A stretch of 64,000 nt of DNA from Candidatus Neomicrothrix sp. (GCA_017852795.1 JAFMKU010000005.1:2045-66044); one strand, 5' to 3'; numbered from the stretch's first letter, positions 28,693 through 39,002 are shown. Program-made: numbers and translations. Notes: generated by a model from the letters alone, not told the origin.

Positions 28693-29625
28693 CTAGTCGG
28701 CGATGATCTCCTGAGCGTCCACAAACGCGCCGGACGCAGGCCGAAGGAAGACCCGATCGAGTCCAGGTTCGATCGGACGTTCGGGATAAGGATCTTCCCC
28801 AACTACCGGAACGATCGCCCGGTAGTCGGCGGTTCCCACGTCGATGCCCTGCCGGGTCATCCAAGGAAGGTTGCTCCACGCCGAACAGTAGTGGTTGACC
28901 AGCGCCCGACGGTTCCGGTTCACCGACGCGTTCCGCAGCGACCGGTGCAGCAGATAGCCGTTGAAGAACACCACGTCACCCGCCTTGACCGTGAGCAGTC
29001 GCTCGTCAGCCGGATCGAAACCGTAGGCTTCCTCCCCCGGATCGAACTCCTCGGGCAGGCCGTGATCTCGCAGCGCAAACAGTTCCCCGGTCCGATGAGA
29101 CCGAGGCAGCACTCGAAGACATCCGTTCTCCTCGTCGGCGTCATCAAGGGCGATCCAGGCTCCGATCAGGGACCGATCGCGGGTCGGAATGTAGCGCTCG
29201 TCTTGGTGCCACGCCTGCCCTGGGAGGCCCGGCGGTTTCGCGAAAAGCATTGACTGCATGCACTTGACTCGGCCATCCCAATACGGGATGTGCGCACCGG
29301 TGATCTCCCCCAGAACCGCCGCTATTCGTGGGTGCCGGACCATGTCGGCGACGATCGGGCTCACCCAATGCGGGAAATGCACCGCCAGGATTTGGGCCAG
29401 CCGTTGCTCGTCAGTCGCATCCTCGGGTACCGCCGGGGGGTTCTCCACCGGATAGTCGCCCCGAGCAAACGCCAAGAGCTCCCCACTGACCGCCTGACGT
29501 TGCTGGTCAGAAACGAGGCCCTCCACCACGACGAAACCTTCGCTCATGTACTCATCGGCCAGTCCGGTCATGGCGACAAGGTAGCGCGCTTGCGCGGTTT
29601 GGTTCTTCCCGTTGCCGCTCGCCAA
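28693..29625 (-). CDS. Phytanoyl-CoA dioxygenase (PhyH) family Fe(II)/2OG oxygenase
   Basis: 310 aa. WHQDERY (HxD) and the distal GYLLHRSLRN. Confidence 0.75.
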   Translation of the reverse strand: MASGNGKNQTAQARYLVAMTGLADEYMSEGFVVVEGLVSDQQRQAVSGELLAFARGDYPVENPPAVPEDATDEQRLAQILAVHFPHWVSPIVADMVRHPRIAAVLGEITGAHIPYWDGRVKCMQSMLFAKPPGLPGQAWHQDERYIPTRDRSLIGAWIALDDADEENGCLRVLPRSHRTGELFALRDHGLPEEFDPGEEAYGFDPADERLLTVKAGDVVFFNGYLLHRSLRNASVNRNRRALVNHYCSAWSNLPWMTRQGIDVGTADYRAIVPVVGEDPYPERPIEPGLDRVFLRPASGAFVDAQEIIAD

Positions 29626-29662
29626 AACCTGGGGTGGAGTCGCTCGCCCCCGCAGCCGCGGG

Positions 29663-30910
29663 TCAGACGCCGGCGGCTACCGCGTCGTCGATCAGGTCGT
29701 AAAGCTGCGCGGCCAGCATCGAGGCCGTCCCGTTGTCCGATTCGGTGAGCAGCAACGCGCCGTAACCATCTTCGAGATCAAGCCAAGGAACCGACCCAAA
29801 GGCGCCCCCGTCAGAACGACGACCCGTTGCCCGGTCGACCCACCAGCCCATGCCGTACCCGCTGCCGGACCCAATGGCGTCGCCGTTGTAGGCCGCCGCG
29901 ATCCGGTCGCTGTGCATCGCCGCTAACGCCTCCACGCTCAACACCTGATTATCTCCGCACTTGCCGTCGCGCAGATGCATGAGCAGCAGGGACGCGTAGT
30001 CGGTGGTGTTGGTGTAGGCACCGCCTTCCATGTTGGGGTTCTCTGACTCGACCAGAGCCGACGGATCAGCATTGAACGCGGGAGGGTAAGAGAACCCGTT
30101 GGTCGGGATCTGCGAGAAATGATTGTTGAACCCGAACACCTCCAGCCCACACGGCTCGACGAAGAACTCGTTGATGAGTTCGGTCCACGATTTTCCAGAA
30201 ACCACCTCGGCGACCGCACCCGCTACCTGCCATTGGGCACCGCCATAATCGAAACCGGTGTCGGGTGGCCGCACCACCGCATCGTCGGCGGAAGTGGTCA
30301 TGACGGCTTCAGCGCAGGCCTGCAACGTCGTGTCGTGCGTAAAGACACAGAGATACTCAGGGTAGGCAGCCGTGGCCAGCAGTCCCGGCAAACCCGAACT
30401 GTTCGACAGCAGCTGCGCGGTGGTGATTTCGGGGTGGTCACCCGCCCACGGAACGTATTCGGCGATCGGCGTGTTGATGTCGAGCAACCCGTCGTCTTGC
30501 AGGCGTAGCAGCACCCCGGCGGTCACCATCTTGGAACTCGACGCAATGAGCGACACTCGGTTCTGGTCAAACACCCCCCAGAATTGGTGGCCGACGATTC
30601 CGTAGTCGCGGTGCACGATGACTAGCGCCGCACCGTTGAGCTGTCGTTCGCCAATGAACGTCTCAACGATCGGGCTGACCGCCGTGAAATCAAACCGTTC
30701 CGGTTCGTCTAACGGGACGTCATCGGCCGGGGTTTGTTCAACCGGGACTTCTTCAGCTTCGGTGTCCTCATCGCCCGGCCCCAGGTCAGTGCCCGCCTGC
30801 TCGTCCACCGTCGCTACCGTCACGGTGGGTTCCGCTCCCGGTTCATCATCACCACAGGCCGCAACGATAAGCGCGGACAGGACCAGAAGAGCAGCTACTC
30901 GGATTCGCAT
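29663..30910 (-). CDS. Serine hydrolase / beta-lactamase-family lipoprotein
   Basis: 415 aa. Lipobox LIVAACG, an acidic linker, and SxxK in IASSSKMVTAG. Confidence 0.8.
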   Translation of the reverse strand: MRIRVAALLVLSALIVAACGDDEPGAEPTVTVATVDEQAGTDLGPGDEDTEAEEVPVEQTPADDVPLDEPERFDFTAVSPIVETFIGERQLNGAALVIVHRDYGIVGHQFWGVFDQNRVSLIASSSKMVTAGVLLRLQDDGLLDINTPIAEYVPWAGDHPEITTAQLLSNSSGLPGLLATAAYPEYLCVFTHDTTLQACAEAVMTTSADDAVVRPPDTGFDYGGAQWQVAGAVAEVVSGKSWTELINEFFVEPCGLEVFGFNNHFSQIPTNGFSYPPAFNADPSALVESENPNMEGGAYTNTTDYASLLLMHLRDGKCGDNQVLSVEALAAMHSDRIAAAYNGDAIGSGSGYGMGWWVDRATGRRSDGGAFGSVPWLDLEDGYGALLLTESDNGTASMLAAQLYDLIDDAVAAGV

Positions 30911-30930
30911 CGGGCTACGTTAGCGCGCTG

Positions 30931-31884
30931 CTACTGAGGCGATCCCGGTTGCCCGCTTGATCGTTCCCGAATGAGATACATCGGTCGATCCTTGGCCTCC
31001 ACCAAAATTCGTCCCACGTATTCGCCGATCACGCCAAGCGAAACCAACTGGAGCGAACCGAGGAACGTGACGGCAAAGACCGTCGTCAGGTAGCCGGGCA
31101 CGGTGATCCCGTCCCGCCAGGCCGCGGCCAGCAACACCAGCATGTAACAAAACGACAGAAACCCGGTCGTCAGGCCAGTCAGCAAAATGAACCGAAGCGG
31201 CCGGTCATTGAACGACGTGACGCCATCAATCGAATAGCTGAACAACGCTCGTAGCGACCACCGTGATTTCCGAACCGGAAGGTCATCGGGCGGGTCAAAC
31301 GTAATGACCTCGTCGGGGTCACCCAGCCAGGCATACAGACCTTTGGAGAACCGGTTGCGTTCCGGCATGGCAGCCAACACCGCCACGAGTTCGGCTTCAA
31401 GCATTCGGAAATCTCCCTGACCGTTCATCAGGGAAACCTGCATGATTTTGGAGAGCACACCGTAGGCCACTCGGGCCAGCAATCGCCGTCGAAGCGACTC
31501 ATCGAGCCGGTTTCGTTCGGCAACGACATGACTCGCCCCGGCCCGGGTGGCCTCGATCAGTTGACGAGCCACCACCGGCGGATGCTGCCCGTCGGCATCC
31601 ATGATGAGCACCGCACCCCCACGTTCGGCCACCCAATCGATCCCAGCCAACATGGCCGCTTCCTTGCCGAAGTTCCGGGTAAACGAGAGATAGTTGACCC
31701 ACGAGTAGGTCTGGCGGAGTTCACGAAACACCTCGAGCGTGTTGTCACCGGACCCATCGTTGATGAGGAGCACTTCCACATCGCCGAGTTCTTCGATGTG
31801 TGGTTGAAGTTCGCGAACAAGCCGACCAATGCGAGGCGCCTCGTCAAAGCACGGGATGACAATGAACGCTTGCTCGGTCGGCAT
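30931..31884 (-). CDS. Polyprenyl-phosphate glycosyltransferase, GT2 (GtrB/ArnC/DPM1-like)
   Basis: 317 aa. FIVIPCFDEAPRIG, LINDGSGDNT, IMDADGQHPP, and two C-terminal TM helices. Confidence 0.8.
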   Translation of the reverse strand: MPTEQAFIVIPCFDEAPRIGRLVRELQPHIEELGDVEVLLINDGSGDNTLEVFRELRQTYSWVNYLSFTRNFGKEAAMLAGIDWVAERGGAVLIMDADGQHPPVVARQLIEATRAGASHVVAERNRLDESLRRRLLARVAYGVLSKIMQVSLMNGQGDFRMLEAELVAVLAAMPERNRFSKGLYAWLGDPDEVITFDPPDDLPVRKSRWSLRALFSYSIDGVTSFNDRPLRFILLTGLTTGFLSFCYMLVLLAAAWRDGITVPGYLTTVFAVTFLGSLQLVSLGVIGEYVGRILVEAKDRPMYLIRERSSGQPGSPQ

Positions 31885-32014
31885 AGAGATTCCTCCCCCG
31901 AGACTCTACACAAGTGCATCAGCTGCAAACCGGCGGGGGATCGAGGTCTGCTGAGGCAACCAAGCCGCGAATGAATTTGCCCGCGAGCGGTTCGCCGTGG
32001 TGCGATGAATCTTC

Positions 32015-33271
32015 ATGGCTGAACATTTCAGAGAAACCGAGACCGAACTGGCCCATCCCGACTGGGTGCGCCGACTGAACCTGTTCGGCGACGCGGTCGG
32101 GGATCCACGTCTGCTGGTGGCGCTCAACCCTGACGAGTTGCTTGCTGCCGCCCAGGCCAGCGTCGGGCTTACCGAGATCGGCGACGAGGACGGATGGTCG
32201 ACCGGATACCGCAACCTCGTTCAGCACCTCGATAGCGAAGCAAACCTGACCGTGCTCGGACGGCTCTCGGCCCGAGCAGAGATCATTCGCAACCTTCAGA
32301 CCCGCCTGCGTCTGGTGGAGTACTGGTCCACCAACCCCGACGTTTTTGACGAGCAGATCGTCGCACCGGTGTTCATCGTCGGGCCTCCCCGAACCGGGAC
32401 CTCGATCTTGCTGGAACTGCTCGCCCGCGATCCTCGGTTGCGGCCGGTGATCGCTCACGAAGCCCATTTCCCGCTCGGACCGCTCCCCGGATCCGACCGA
32501 ACCGCCCTTGAGGTGGCCGAACCCGAACAAGAATTCTGGGCCGATATCCATCCTGACTTTCAGGCCATGCACGAGCTGCGAAGTGACCTGCCCTGCGAAT
32601 GTGTTCATTTCGTGCAACCCGAGTTCCGGAGCTGGCACTGGTCGATGATGTTTGACCTCAATGGGCTCACCGACCAGACCACTCCCGCCGCGACCCGGTC
32701 GATTTATGCTTTCCACAAACGTTTCCTTCAGACGTTGCAGCACCGCGATGGGGCCCCCGCAACCTTCCTGCTCAAAACGCCGGCCCATCTCGGGTTCCTT
32801 CCCGAACTGTTCGCTACCTATCCCGACGCCCGGGTGCTGTTCACCCACCGCGACCCGGTCAAGTTCATCGGTTCGAGCGCGAACCTCACCGGCGTGCTGC
32901 ATTGGATGCGCAGCGACCAGGTTGACCTTTCGATCCGCGGCCCGATCATGGCTGCGGTGTACGAGATCATGCTGGGGGGCGCCATGAACCAACGGATCGC
33001 CGAAACCGTTCCCACCGCCCAGATCGCCGACGTCCACTTCCGCACGCTGATGGGCGACCCGGTGAACGCCATCGAAGCCGCGTATCGGCAACTCGGGATT
33101 CCCTTCGATGACTCGATGCGCACCTCAATCCCTGACTATCTGGCAGCAAAACCCAAAGGGAAGTTTGGGGTGCACCGCTACGACCCAGCCCGGCTCGGGC
33201 TTGACGAGTCATCGCTGCGAGCGCAATTCGCTGACTACATCGACCATTACCAGGTCGTGCTGGAGGACTGA
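32015..33271 (+). CDS. Sulfotransferase-family protein
   Basis: 418 aa. PAPS 5'-phosphosulfate-binding loop FIVGPPRTGTSILLELL, plus a later THRDPVKFIGSS region. A 390-aa antisense ORF (31919..33091) is a shadow. Confidence 0.75.
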   Translation: MAEHFRETETELAHPDWVRRLNLFGDAVGDPRLLVALNPDELLAAAQASVGLTEIGDEDGWSTGYRNLVQHLDSEANLTVLGRLSARAEIIRNLQTRLRLVEYWSTNPDVFDEQIVAPVFIVGPPRTGTSILLELLARDPRLRPVIAHEAHFPLGPLPGSDRTALEVAEPEQEFWADIHPDFQAMHELRSDLPCECVHFVQPEFRSWHWSMMFDLNGLTDQTTPAATRSIYAFHKRFLQTLQHRDGAPATFLLKTPAHLGFLPELFATYPDARVLFTHRDPVKFIGSSANLTGVLHWMRSDQVDLSIRGPIMAAVYEIMLGGAMNQRIAETVPTAQIADVHFRTLMGDPVNAIEAAYRQLGIPFDDSMRTSIPDYLAAKPKGKFGVHRYDPARLGLDESSLRAQFADYIDHYQVVLED

Positions 33272-34383
33272 TGACCAACGATTCTGTAGCCGCCTTTGAT
33301 GATCTCATCGCCGCGCTCGGCGAGATCCGCGACGGGTTCATCAATAACCCGGAACGTTGGACCGAACCCGTGGAGGTTGCTGAGGCCTACCGCTACGTCG
33401 GACAGGTGCTTTCTGCTGCATCCGAAATGTTCTTCGAAGCCGATCCTGACCATCCGCGTTTTGCGTCGATTGTGTCTCCGGCCCGCAAGCTTCAGGGGGA
33501 CAACCCGGACGCCATCTACCATTTCGCTCGGATCCGCGGCAATCGCACGTACCGGGTACGAGGCCGGATCGACGGCCAGTGTTACGTCTCGTTCACGGTG
33601 CATGGCCCAGCCGCCGACGGTGGGATGGCCGGCCCGCTGCTTGGCGACGTCAACAACAACGATTTCGTGGTGGACCCTGACGGGAGCTACGAAGTGATTT
33701 TCAGCGCCGACCCGCACCCCGGCAACTGGGTGGAACTGCACCCTGATGCTCATTCGCTGGTCGTTCGCAGCTACTACGAGTTTGAGGTTTCGGCCCAAAA
33801 CGACGCGGGGGTCAGCGTCAACATCGACATCGTGGCCCTCGACTCCCCCGCGATCGAACCGCTGGACGATGCCACCATCGCGGCGCGAATGACCGAAGGC
33901 GTCGCGTTTCTGCGCCAAGCCACACTCGGGCAGGGCCTCCCCGGCAACCCTTCGCCGGTCCCGTTCGTGTCGAACACCCCAAACGATGTCGCCACCCCGT
34001 TTAGTTTCCGAGATAGTGGCCTCCCGGTTCCCGGGGCAGCCGACATTTTCTATTCGATGGGCCGCTGGGACCTAGCCGACGACGAAGCACTGGTCATGAC
34101 CGGCACCTTGCCGGACGGGCCATTCGCCAACGTCATGCTCTGGAACGTTCACATGCAGACGCTCGACTATCGGAATCTCCCCACCGCGCTTAACAAAACC
34201 CAGATTCGGCTCGAACCTGACGGCTCCTACCGGATCGTGATCTCAGCGAAAAACCCGGGTGTGCCCAACTGGCTCTGCACCGACGGACACCGACGAGGCA
34301 CCATTTTCTGGCGCTTCCTGTTGCCAGCTACCGACCCGCCAAAGCCTGACTGCACGGTCGTCAACATTTCCGAAATTGGCTGA
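33271..34383 (+). CDS. Conserved hypothetical protein, tentatively DUF1214-like
   Basis: 370 aa. The start ATG shares one base with the sulfotransferase stop (TGATG). The family name is from memory of the motif style (KLQGDNPDAIY...) and is tentative. Confidence 0.55.
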   Translation: MTNDSVAAFDDLIAALGEIRDGFINNPERWTEPVEVAEAYRYVGQVLSAASEMFFEADPDHPRFASIVSPARKLQGDNPDAIYHFARIRGNRTYRVRGRIDGQCYVSFTVHGPAADGGMAGPLLGDVNNNDFVVDPDGSYEVIFSADPHPGNWVELHPDAHSLVVRSYYEFEVSAQNDAGVSVNIDIVALDSPAIEPLDDATIAARMTEGVAFLRQATLGQGLPGNPSPVPFVSNTPNDVATPFSFRDSGLPVPGAADIFYSMGRWDLADDEALVMTGTLPDGPFANVMLWNVHMQTLDYRNLPTALNKTQIRLEPDGSYRIVISAKNPGVPNWLCTDGHRRGTIFWRFLLPATDPPKPDCTVVNISEIG

Positions 34384-34435
34384 CGGCAACGGCCCACACT
34401 GGCCCACGTTGGGCTGAACCGAGCCGTCAGGGCAA

Positions 34436-35557
34436 CTACACCGCTGCCAGTGCCTCGGCTGGGTCGACAAACTCTCGGCCCTGCACTGCGGCCACTTCGC
34501 GCTCAGTCAACTGGCCTCGGAACACATTGAGCCCTGAGAGCAGATGCGGATCAGCACGCAGCGCCGCTACCGGTCCAAGGTCAGCCAAACGGAGCAGATA
34601 CGGCAGCGTGGCGTTGGTCAACGCTTCGGTTGACGTTCGCGGAACGGCGCCCGGCATGTTGGCCACGCAGTAATGCACCACATCGTGCACGACAAACGTC
34701 GGATCATCGTGGGTGGTGGGGTGGCTGGTGGCGAAACATCCACCTTGGTCGATCGCCACATCAACCAGCACCGAACCCGGCTTCATGTTGCGAACCATTT
34801 CCTCGGTGACCAGTTTCGGGGCGGCTGCACCCTTGACCAGTACCGCACCGATCACGAGATCGGCTCCCTGCACAGCCTGCTCCAACGCGGTGGTCGTTGA
34901 GTACTGGGTCGCAAGCGCCGGGCCGAACCGGTGGGCAAGCCGTTCAAGAACCGCGAGCGAACGGTCAAGCACCGTGACTCGGCTTCCCATCCCCAAGGCA
35001 ATAGCGATGGCGTTCTCACCGACCGTTCCTCCACCAATCACCACGGTGTGGGCGGGCGGAACCCCGGTTGCGCCCGACAGCAGGCGGCCCGATCCCCCGG
35101 CCGGGGCTTCAAGACTGCGGGCTCCCGCTTGAACCGACAATCGACCAGCCACCTCCGACATGGGCATCAGCAACGGCAGACGACCCTGGTGGTCGGTCAC
35201 CGTCTCGTAGGCGATCGCCACCGCTCCCGAAGCCAGCAGGTCTTCGGTCTGGGGCACATCGGGGGCCAGATGAAGGTACGTGAACAGGGTCTGACCTTCC
35301 GAAAGTTGGGCCCGCTCCGACGCCTGCGGCTCTTTGACCTTGACGATCAGCTCTACGTCAGCCCAGACGGTGGCCGCCGTGTCGGCGATCCGAGCCCCGG
35401 CGGCGGTGTAGGCGTTATCGGACGCGCCAATTCCACCACCAGCCCCAGACTCGACCAGCACGTTGTGCCCTCGGGCAACCAGTTCGGCAACACCGTTGGG
35501 GGTAAGCCCAACTCGCCGTTCGGCAGTTTTGATTTCGGTAGGAACACCAATATCCAT
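34436..35557 (-). CDS. ald: L-alanine dehydrogenase
   Basis: 373 aa. MDIGVPTEIKTAERRVGLTP and NAD-binding VVIGGGTVGENA. RBS GAGGGGAG upstream. Confidence 0.9.
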   Translation of the reverse strand: MDIGVPTEIKTAERRVGLTPNGVAELVARGHNVLVESGAGGGIGASDNAYTAAGARIADTAATVWADVELIVKVKEPQASERAQLSEGQTLFTYLHLAPDVPQTEDLLASGAVAIAYETVTDHQGRLPLLMPMSEVAGRLSVQAGARSLEAPAGGSGRLLSGATGVPPAHTVVIGGGTVGENAIAIALGMGSRVTVLDRSLAVLERLAHRFGPALATQYSTTTALEQAVQGADLVIGAVLVKGAAAPKLVTEEMVRNMKPGSVLVDVAIDQGGCFATSHPTTHDDPTFVVHDVVHYCVANMPGAVPRTSTEALTNATLPYLLRLADLGPVAALRADPHLLSGLNVFRGQLTEREVAAVQGREFVDPAEALAAV

Positions 35558-35575
35558 GGCTCAACTCCCCTCAGA

Positions 35576-35589
35576 TGATCTCGAGATCA
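35576..35589. promoter_or_regulatory. Perfect 14-bp palindrome TGATCTCGAGATCA just upstream of the ald RBS (candidate operator)
   Basis: Read directly at 35576-35589, 19 nt upstream of the ald ATG. A palindrome of this length is expected a few times by chance in 64 kb, so only the position is suggestive. Confidence 0.25.
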
Positions 35590-35640
35590 CGAGATGCTAA
35601 CCCTCACCGGAAAACAACACTCCTCCTGCGGACAGGACGA

Positions 35641-36867
35641 TTATCGAGCGGCGTGATCCATCGTGTCGATGATCTTGTCGATGTCTTGATCTTCAATCAC
35701 CAGCGGAGGGCAGATGGCGATCCAGTCAGCCACCCCTCGAACAATTACGCCGTTTTCGATCATGACGTCGCGGATCGGGATCGCATCTTTGCCTTCCGGC
35801 AGTTTGGCAGCCCAGACCCCCGCTTTGCCGCGGTAACCCGCGAGCACCCCGTCAGCCACCATCGCGGCCAACCCGGACTCCATGCGTGAACCAATGTGTC
35901 GGGCGCGTTCGACCAAACCTTCACGCTCAATGATGTCAATGTTGGCCAGACCCGCCGCGCAGGCCGCTGGATGACCGCTGTAGGTGTAGCCGTGGCGCAG
36001 CACAAAACTCGGATCTGCTTCCAGCACGTCACAGACCTCACGGGAACAGATCACGCCGCCCAGCGGCTGATATCCGCTAGTCACGCCTTTAGCGAAGGTC
36101 ATCAGATCGGGAGTGACTCCATAGGTTTGGCCCGCGAACCATTCACCGGTGCGTCCGAACCCGGAAATGACCTCATCAAAAATCAGGAGGGCACCGTTGG
36201 CATCGCAGAGGCGCCGCAACCCTTCGAGATACCCATCGGTGGGCGGAAACACCCCACCCGCGCCCTGCAACGGCTCGCAGATCACCGCAGCAATCGAGTC
36301 ACCATGTTCGGCGAAAATCCGGGCCGCGGATTCGATGTCATCACCATCGGCTTCCATGAAATGTGGCACGAGATCGCCCCAGCCTTCGCGGTTTGCCGGA
36401 AGCCCCTGAGCTGCGGTTCCGCCGAAGTTCACACCGTGATAGCCCCGTTCGCGTCGGACGATGATTTGCCGCTGCTCCCCAGCACCGTTGCGTTCGTGGC
36501 GAAGCCGGGCGACAACCCGAGCAATCTTCAGCGCCGAGTCGACCGATTCGGAACCTGAGCAGCACAGAAACACTCGACCATCGGGCAGGGGCGACAACGA
36601 GCGAACCCGGTCGGCTAGTTCTTCAGCCGGACCATTGGTCCAGGGATCGAAGGTGTTGTAGGTCGCAAGCTGACGCATCTGATTGGCGACCGCATCAATG
36701 ATCTCGTGACGGCCGTGGCCTACCTGGCAGTACCACAACGATGCCATCCCATCGATGTATTCCTTGCCGGTGTCGTCATAAACCCGCACTCCCTCGGCCC
36801 GAACCAGATTGTGGAACGTTTCCCGAGCCGGCACACCGAATGAGTGAAGTAGAGCTGGAGTCGACAT
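35641..36867 (-). CDS. Class-III (omega) aminotransferase, putrescine/beta-alanine:pyruvate type
   Basis: 408 aa. FDEVISGFGRTGEWFA, the PLP-lysine motif TFAKGVTSGY, and SGSESVDSALK. Confidence 0.85.
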   Translation of the reverse strand: MSTPALLHSFGVPARETFHNLVRAEGVRVYDDTGKEYIDGMASLWYCQVGHGRHEIIDAVANQMRQLATYNTFDPWTNGPAEELADRVRSLSPLPDGRVFLCCSGSESVDSALKIARVVARLRHERNGAGEQRQIIVRRERGYHGVNFGGTAAQGLPANREGWGDLVPHFMEADGDDIESAARIFAEHGDSIAAVICEPLQGAGGVFPPTDGYLEGLRRLCDANGALLIFDEVISGFGRTGEWFAGQTYGVTPDLMTFAKGVTSGYQPLGGVICSREVCDVLEADPSFVLRHGYTYSGHPAACAAGLANIDIIEREGLVERARHIGSRMESGLAAMVADGVLAGYRGKAGVWAAKLPEGKDAIPIRDVMIENGVIVRGVADWIAICPPLVIEDQDIDKIIDTMDHAAR

Positions 36868-36921
36868 TACTGATACCCCTTTTGGGTGTGAGGACCTGCC
36901 GCGTTTGCGGCATTGCCGAAG

Positions 36922-37557
36922 CTATTCGTTGCCCTGATAGTCGGGATTATGCCAGACGATCATGGAGGCCCAACCATCAGATTTTCGGTCCGGCAAGTAA
37001 TTCTCTAGCACACCGATGACCTCAAAACCCGACGCCAGTTGCATCGTCAACGTCGGGTCGGTGAGTTCCCCGTCGCGCACAGCTTCGACGTACTCCGCAG
37101 CCGTCATTTCGTGCTTGTAGTTGACGAATCCAGGCAGCACGCCACCCGCGATGATCCCCCGCAGGTTGTAGTCCCGGCAGACCTGTTTACGAAGCTCGTA
37201 CAACCGTTGACCGATCCCCCGGCGGCGGTATTCGGGAAGCACCGTGATCGTGGTTCCGTAATACCAATCTCCGTCGGCTTCATGCCCGGAGAACCCTGAC
37301 TCGAAAAACTCGGCCATGGTGTGCTGGTAGTTGTTCAGGTCGAAATGGCGCCGAACCCCGGTCCCCATCGCCACCGCCCGATCGCCGTCAAGTACCGCGA
37401 ACGAACCCTCAGAGAAATCTTCGGCCACCGCCCGCAGTTCCCGAGCGTTGTAGAGATCCACCGGGTCGGTGGATGGGAAACTGGCCAGTTCGATGGCCTC
37501 AAGTTCTTCGGCCATGGCTGGCTCGATGTTGACGTATCGCAATTCCTCGCCGCTCAT
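36922..37557 (-). CDS. GNAT-family N-acetyltransferase
   Basis: 211 aa. Acetyl-CoA motif VLPEYRRRGIGQRLYE. Confidence 0.7.
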   Translation of the reverse strand: MSGEELRYVNIEPAMAEELEAIELASFPSTDPVDLYNARELRAVAEDFSEGSFAVLDGDRAVAMGTGVRRHFDLNNYQHTMAEFFESGFSGHEADGDWYYGTTITVLPEYRRRGIGQRLYELRKQVCRDYNLRGIIAGGVLPGFVNYKHEMTAAEYVEAVRDGELTDPTLTMQLASGFEVIGVLENYLPDRKSDGWASMIVWHNPDYQGNE

Positions 37558-37571
37558 CGAAAGCTCCCCCT

Positions 37572-38996
37572 GTGTCTGATCCTATGCTGGCCCTAATGGA
37601 ACACGAAGCTGCTAGCCCAACCCCGTCAAGCTACCGCAGCCTTTCGCTGTGGCTGGACAACCCCGAGCTGGAACTGACCCCTCGCCTGCCGTTAGCTGGC
37701 GATATCGACGTTGATGTCGCCATTGTGGGTGGCGGGTTTACCGGGCTCTGGACCGCCTACTACTTGACCGAACGTGATCCGACGTTGCGGGTTCTGGTCA
37801 TCGAACGAGACATTTGCGGATTTGGGGCCAGCGGCCGCAACGGGGGTTGGGTGGTTGGTGAACTCCCAGCCAGCGTCGAGGCGTACGCCAGTCTCAGTTC
37901 GCATTCCGAAGCGATGCGTCAGGTCCGCACGCTGTTCACCACCGTCGATGAGGTTGGGCGGGTCGCCGACGCCGAAGGTATCCAGTGTGGCTACGCCAAA
38001 GGCGGGGTCATTCGTTGGGCTCGAAATGCCCCGCAGGCTGCTCGTCAGCAGGCCGAGATCGAACACCACCATCAGCAGGGATTCACCGAGGCAGAGATGC
38101 GGCTGCTGACCCCCGATGAAGCTCGGGGGTATGGCAACGCCAGCGACGTCCGTTCAGGGATTTTCTTTGCCCCGTGCGCGGCGGTGGATCCGGCCCGGCT
38201 GGTGCGAGGTCTGGCCTCGGTGGTCGAAGCCCGAGGGGTGACCATCGCCGAGCAGACACCAGCGACCGAGGTTGGCCCCGGAGAGGTGCAGACCCCGTTC
38301 GGTCGGGTCCGAGCCGAGGTGGTGATCCGGGCCACCGAGGCCTACACCCGCGACCTTCCCGGCGAGAAGCGCACCTTGGTGCCGATCTATTCACTGATGG
38401 TCGCTACCGAACCGCTCGACGATGCCACGCTGGCCAAGGTGGGCCTCGCTGACCGGCCGACGTTTGCCGATGACCGCTACATGGTGGTGTACGGGCAGCG
38501 CACTGAAGACAACCGGATCGCTTTCGGGGGACGCGGGGTGCCGTATGCCTTCGGTTCCGGAATCAATCCTGGGATCGAGCAGGACAGTAAAGCCCACCAG
38601 TTGATCAGCCGAACGCTGGTGGAGATCCTCCCCGATCTAGCCGACGTGAAAATCACCCATCGTTGGGGCGGGGTGCTGGCTGCTCCCCGAAACTGGACGC
38701 CATCGGTCTGGCTGGACCGCAAATCTGGCTACGGAACCGCGGGTGGTTACGTAGGTGAAGGGGTGGCAGCGTCGAACATGGCCGGCCGCACCATGGCGGA
38801 CCTTGTTACCGGCACCGAATCTGATCTGGTGACCCTGCCGTGGGTTGGGGTTCGAAGCCGACGCTGGGAACCAGAACCGTTGCGCTGGCTCGGTATTCGA
38901 GGCACTCGCATGGTGATGGACTGGGCGGACCGTACCGAATACCGGCGGGATCGCCGGTCGCGGGCCGGCCAGATCGCCTACAAGCTGCTGCGCTGA
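37572..38996 (+). CDS. FAD-dependent oxidoreductase (DAO family; gamma-glutamylputrescine-oxidase/PuuB-like)
   Basis: 474 aa. Dinucleotide fold DVAIVGGGFTGLWTAYYL. The start may be a downstream Met (MLALMEHE). Confidence 0.8.
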   Translation: MSDPMLALMEHEAASPTPSSYRSLSLWLDNPELELTPRLPLAGDIDVDVAIVGGGFTGLWTAYYLTERDPTLRVLVIERDICGFGASGRNGGWVVGELPASVEAYASLSSHSEAMRQVRTLFTTVDEVGRVADAEGIQCGYAKGGVIRWARNAPQAARQQAEIEHHHQQGFTEAEMRLLTPDEARGYGNASDVRSGIFFAPCAAVDPARLVRGLASVVEARGVTIAEQTPATEVGPGEVQTPFGRVRAEVVIRATEAYTRDLPGEKRTLVPIYSLMVATEPLDDATLAKVGLADRPTFADDRYMVVYGQRTEDNRIAFGGRGVPYAFGSGINPGIEQDSKAHQLISRTLVEILPDLADVKITHRWGGVLAAPRNWTPSVWLDRKSGYGTAGGYVGEGVAASNMAGRTMADLVTGTESDLVTLPWVGVRSRRWEPEPLRWLGIRGTRMVMDWADRTEYRRDRRSRAGQIAYKLLR

Positions 38997-39002
38997 AGCC
39001 GG

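Noticed and set aside
31919-33091. 390-aa minus-strand ORF
   Set aside because: It is antisense to the sulfotransferase gene, which has a clear PAPS-binding loop. The antisense product has no recognisable motif and a shadow-like composition.
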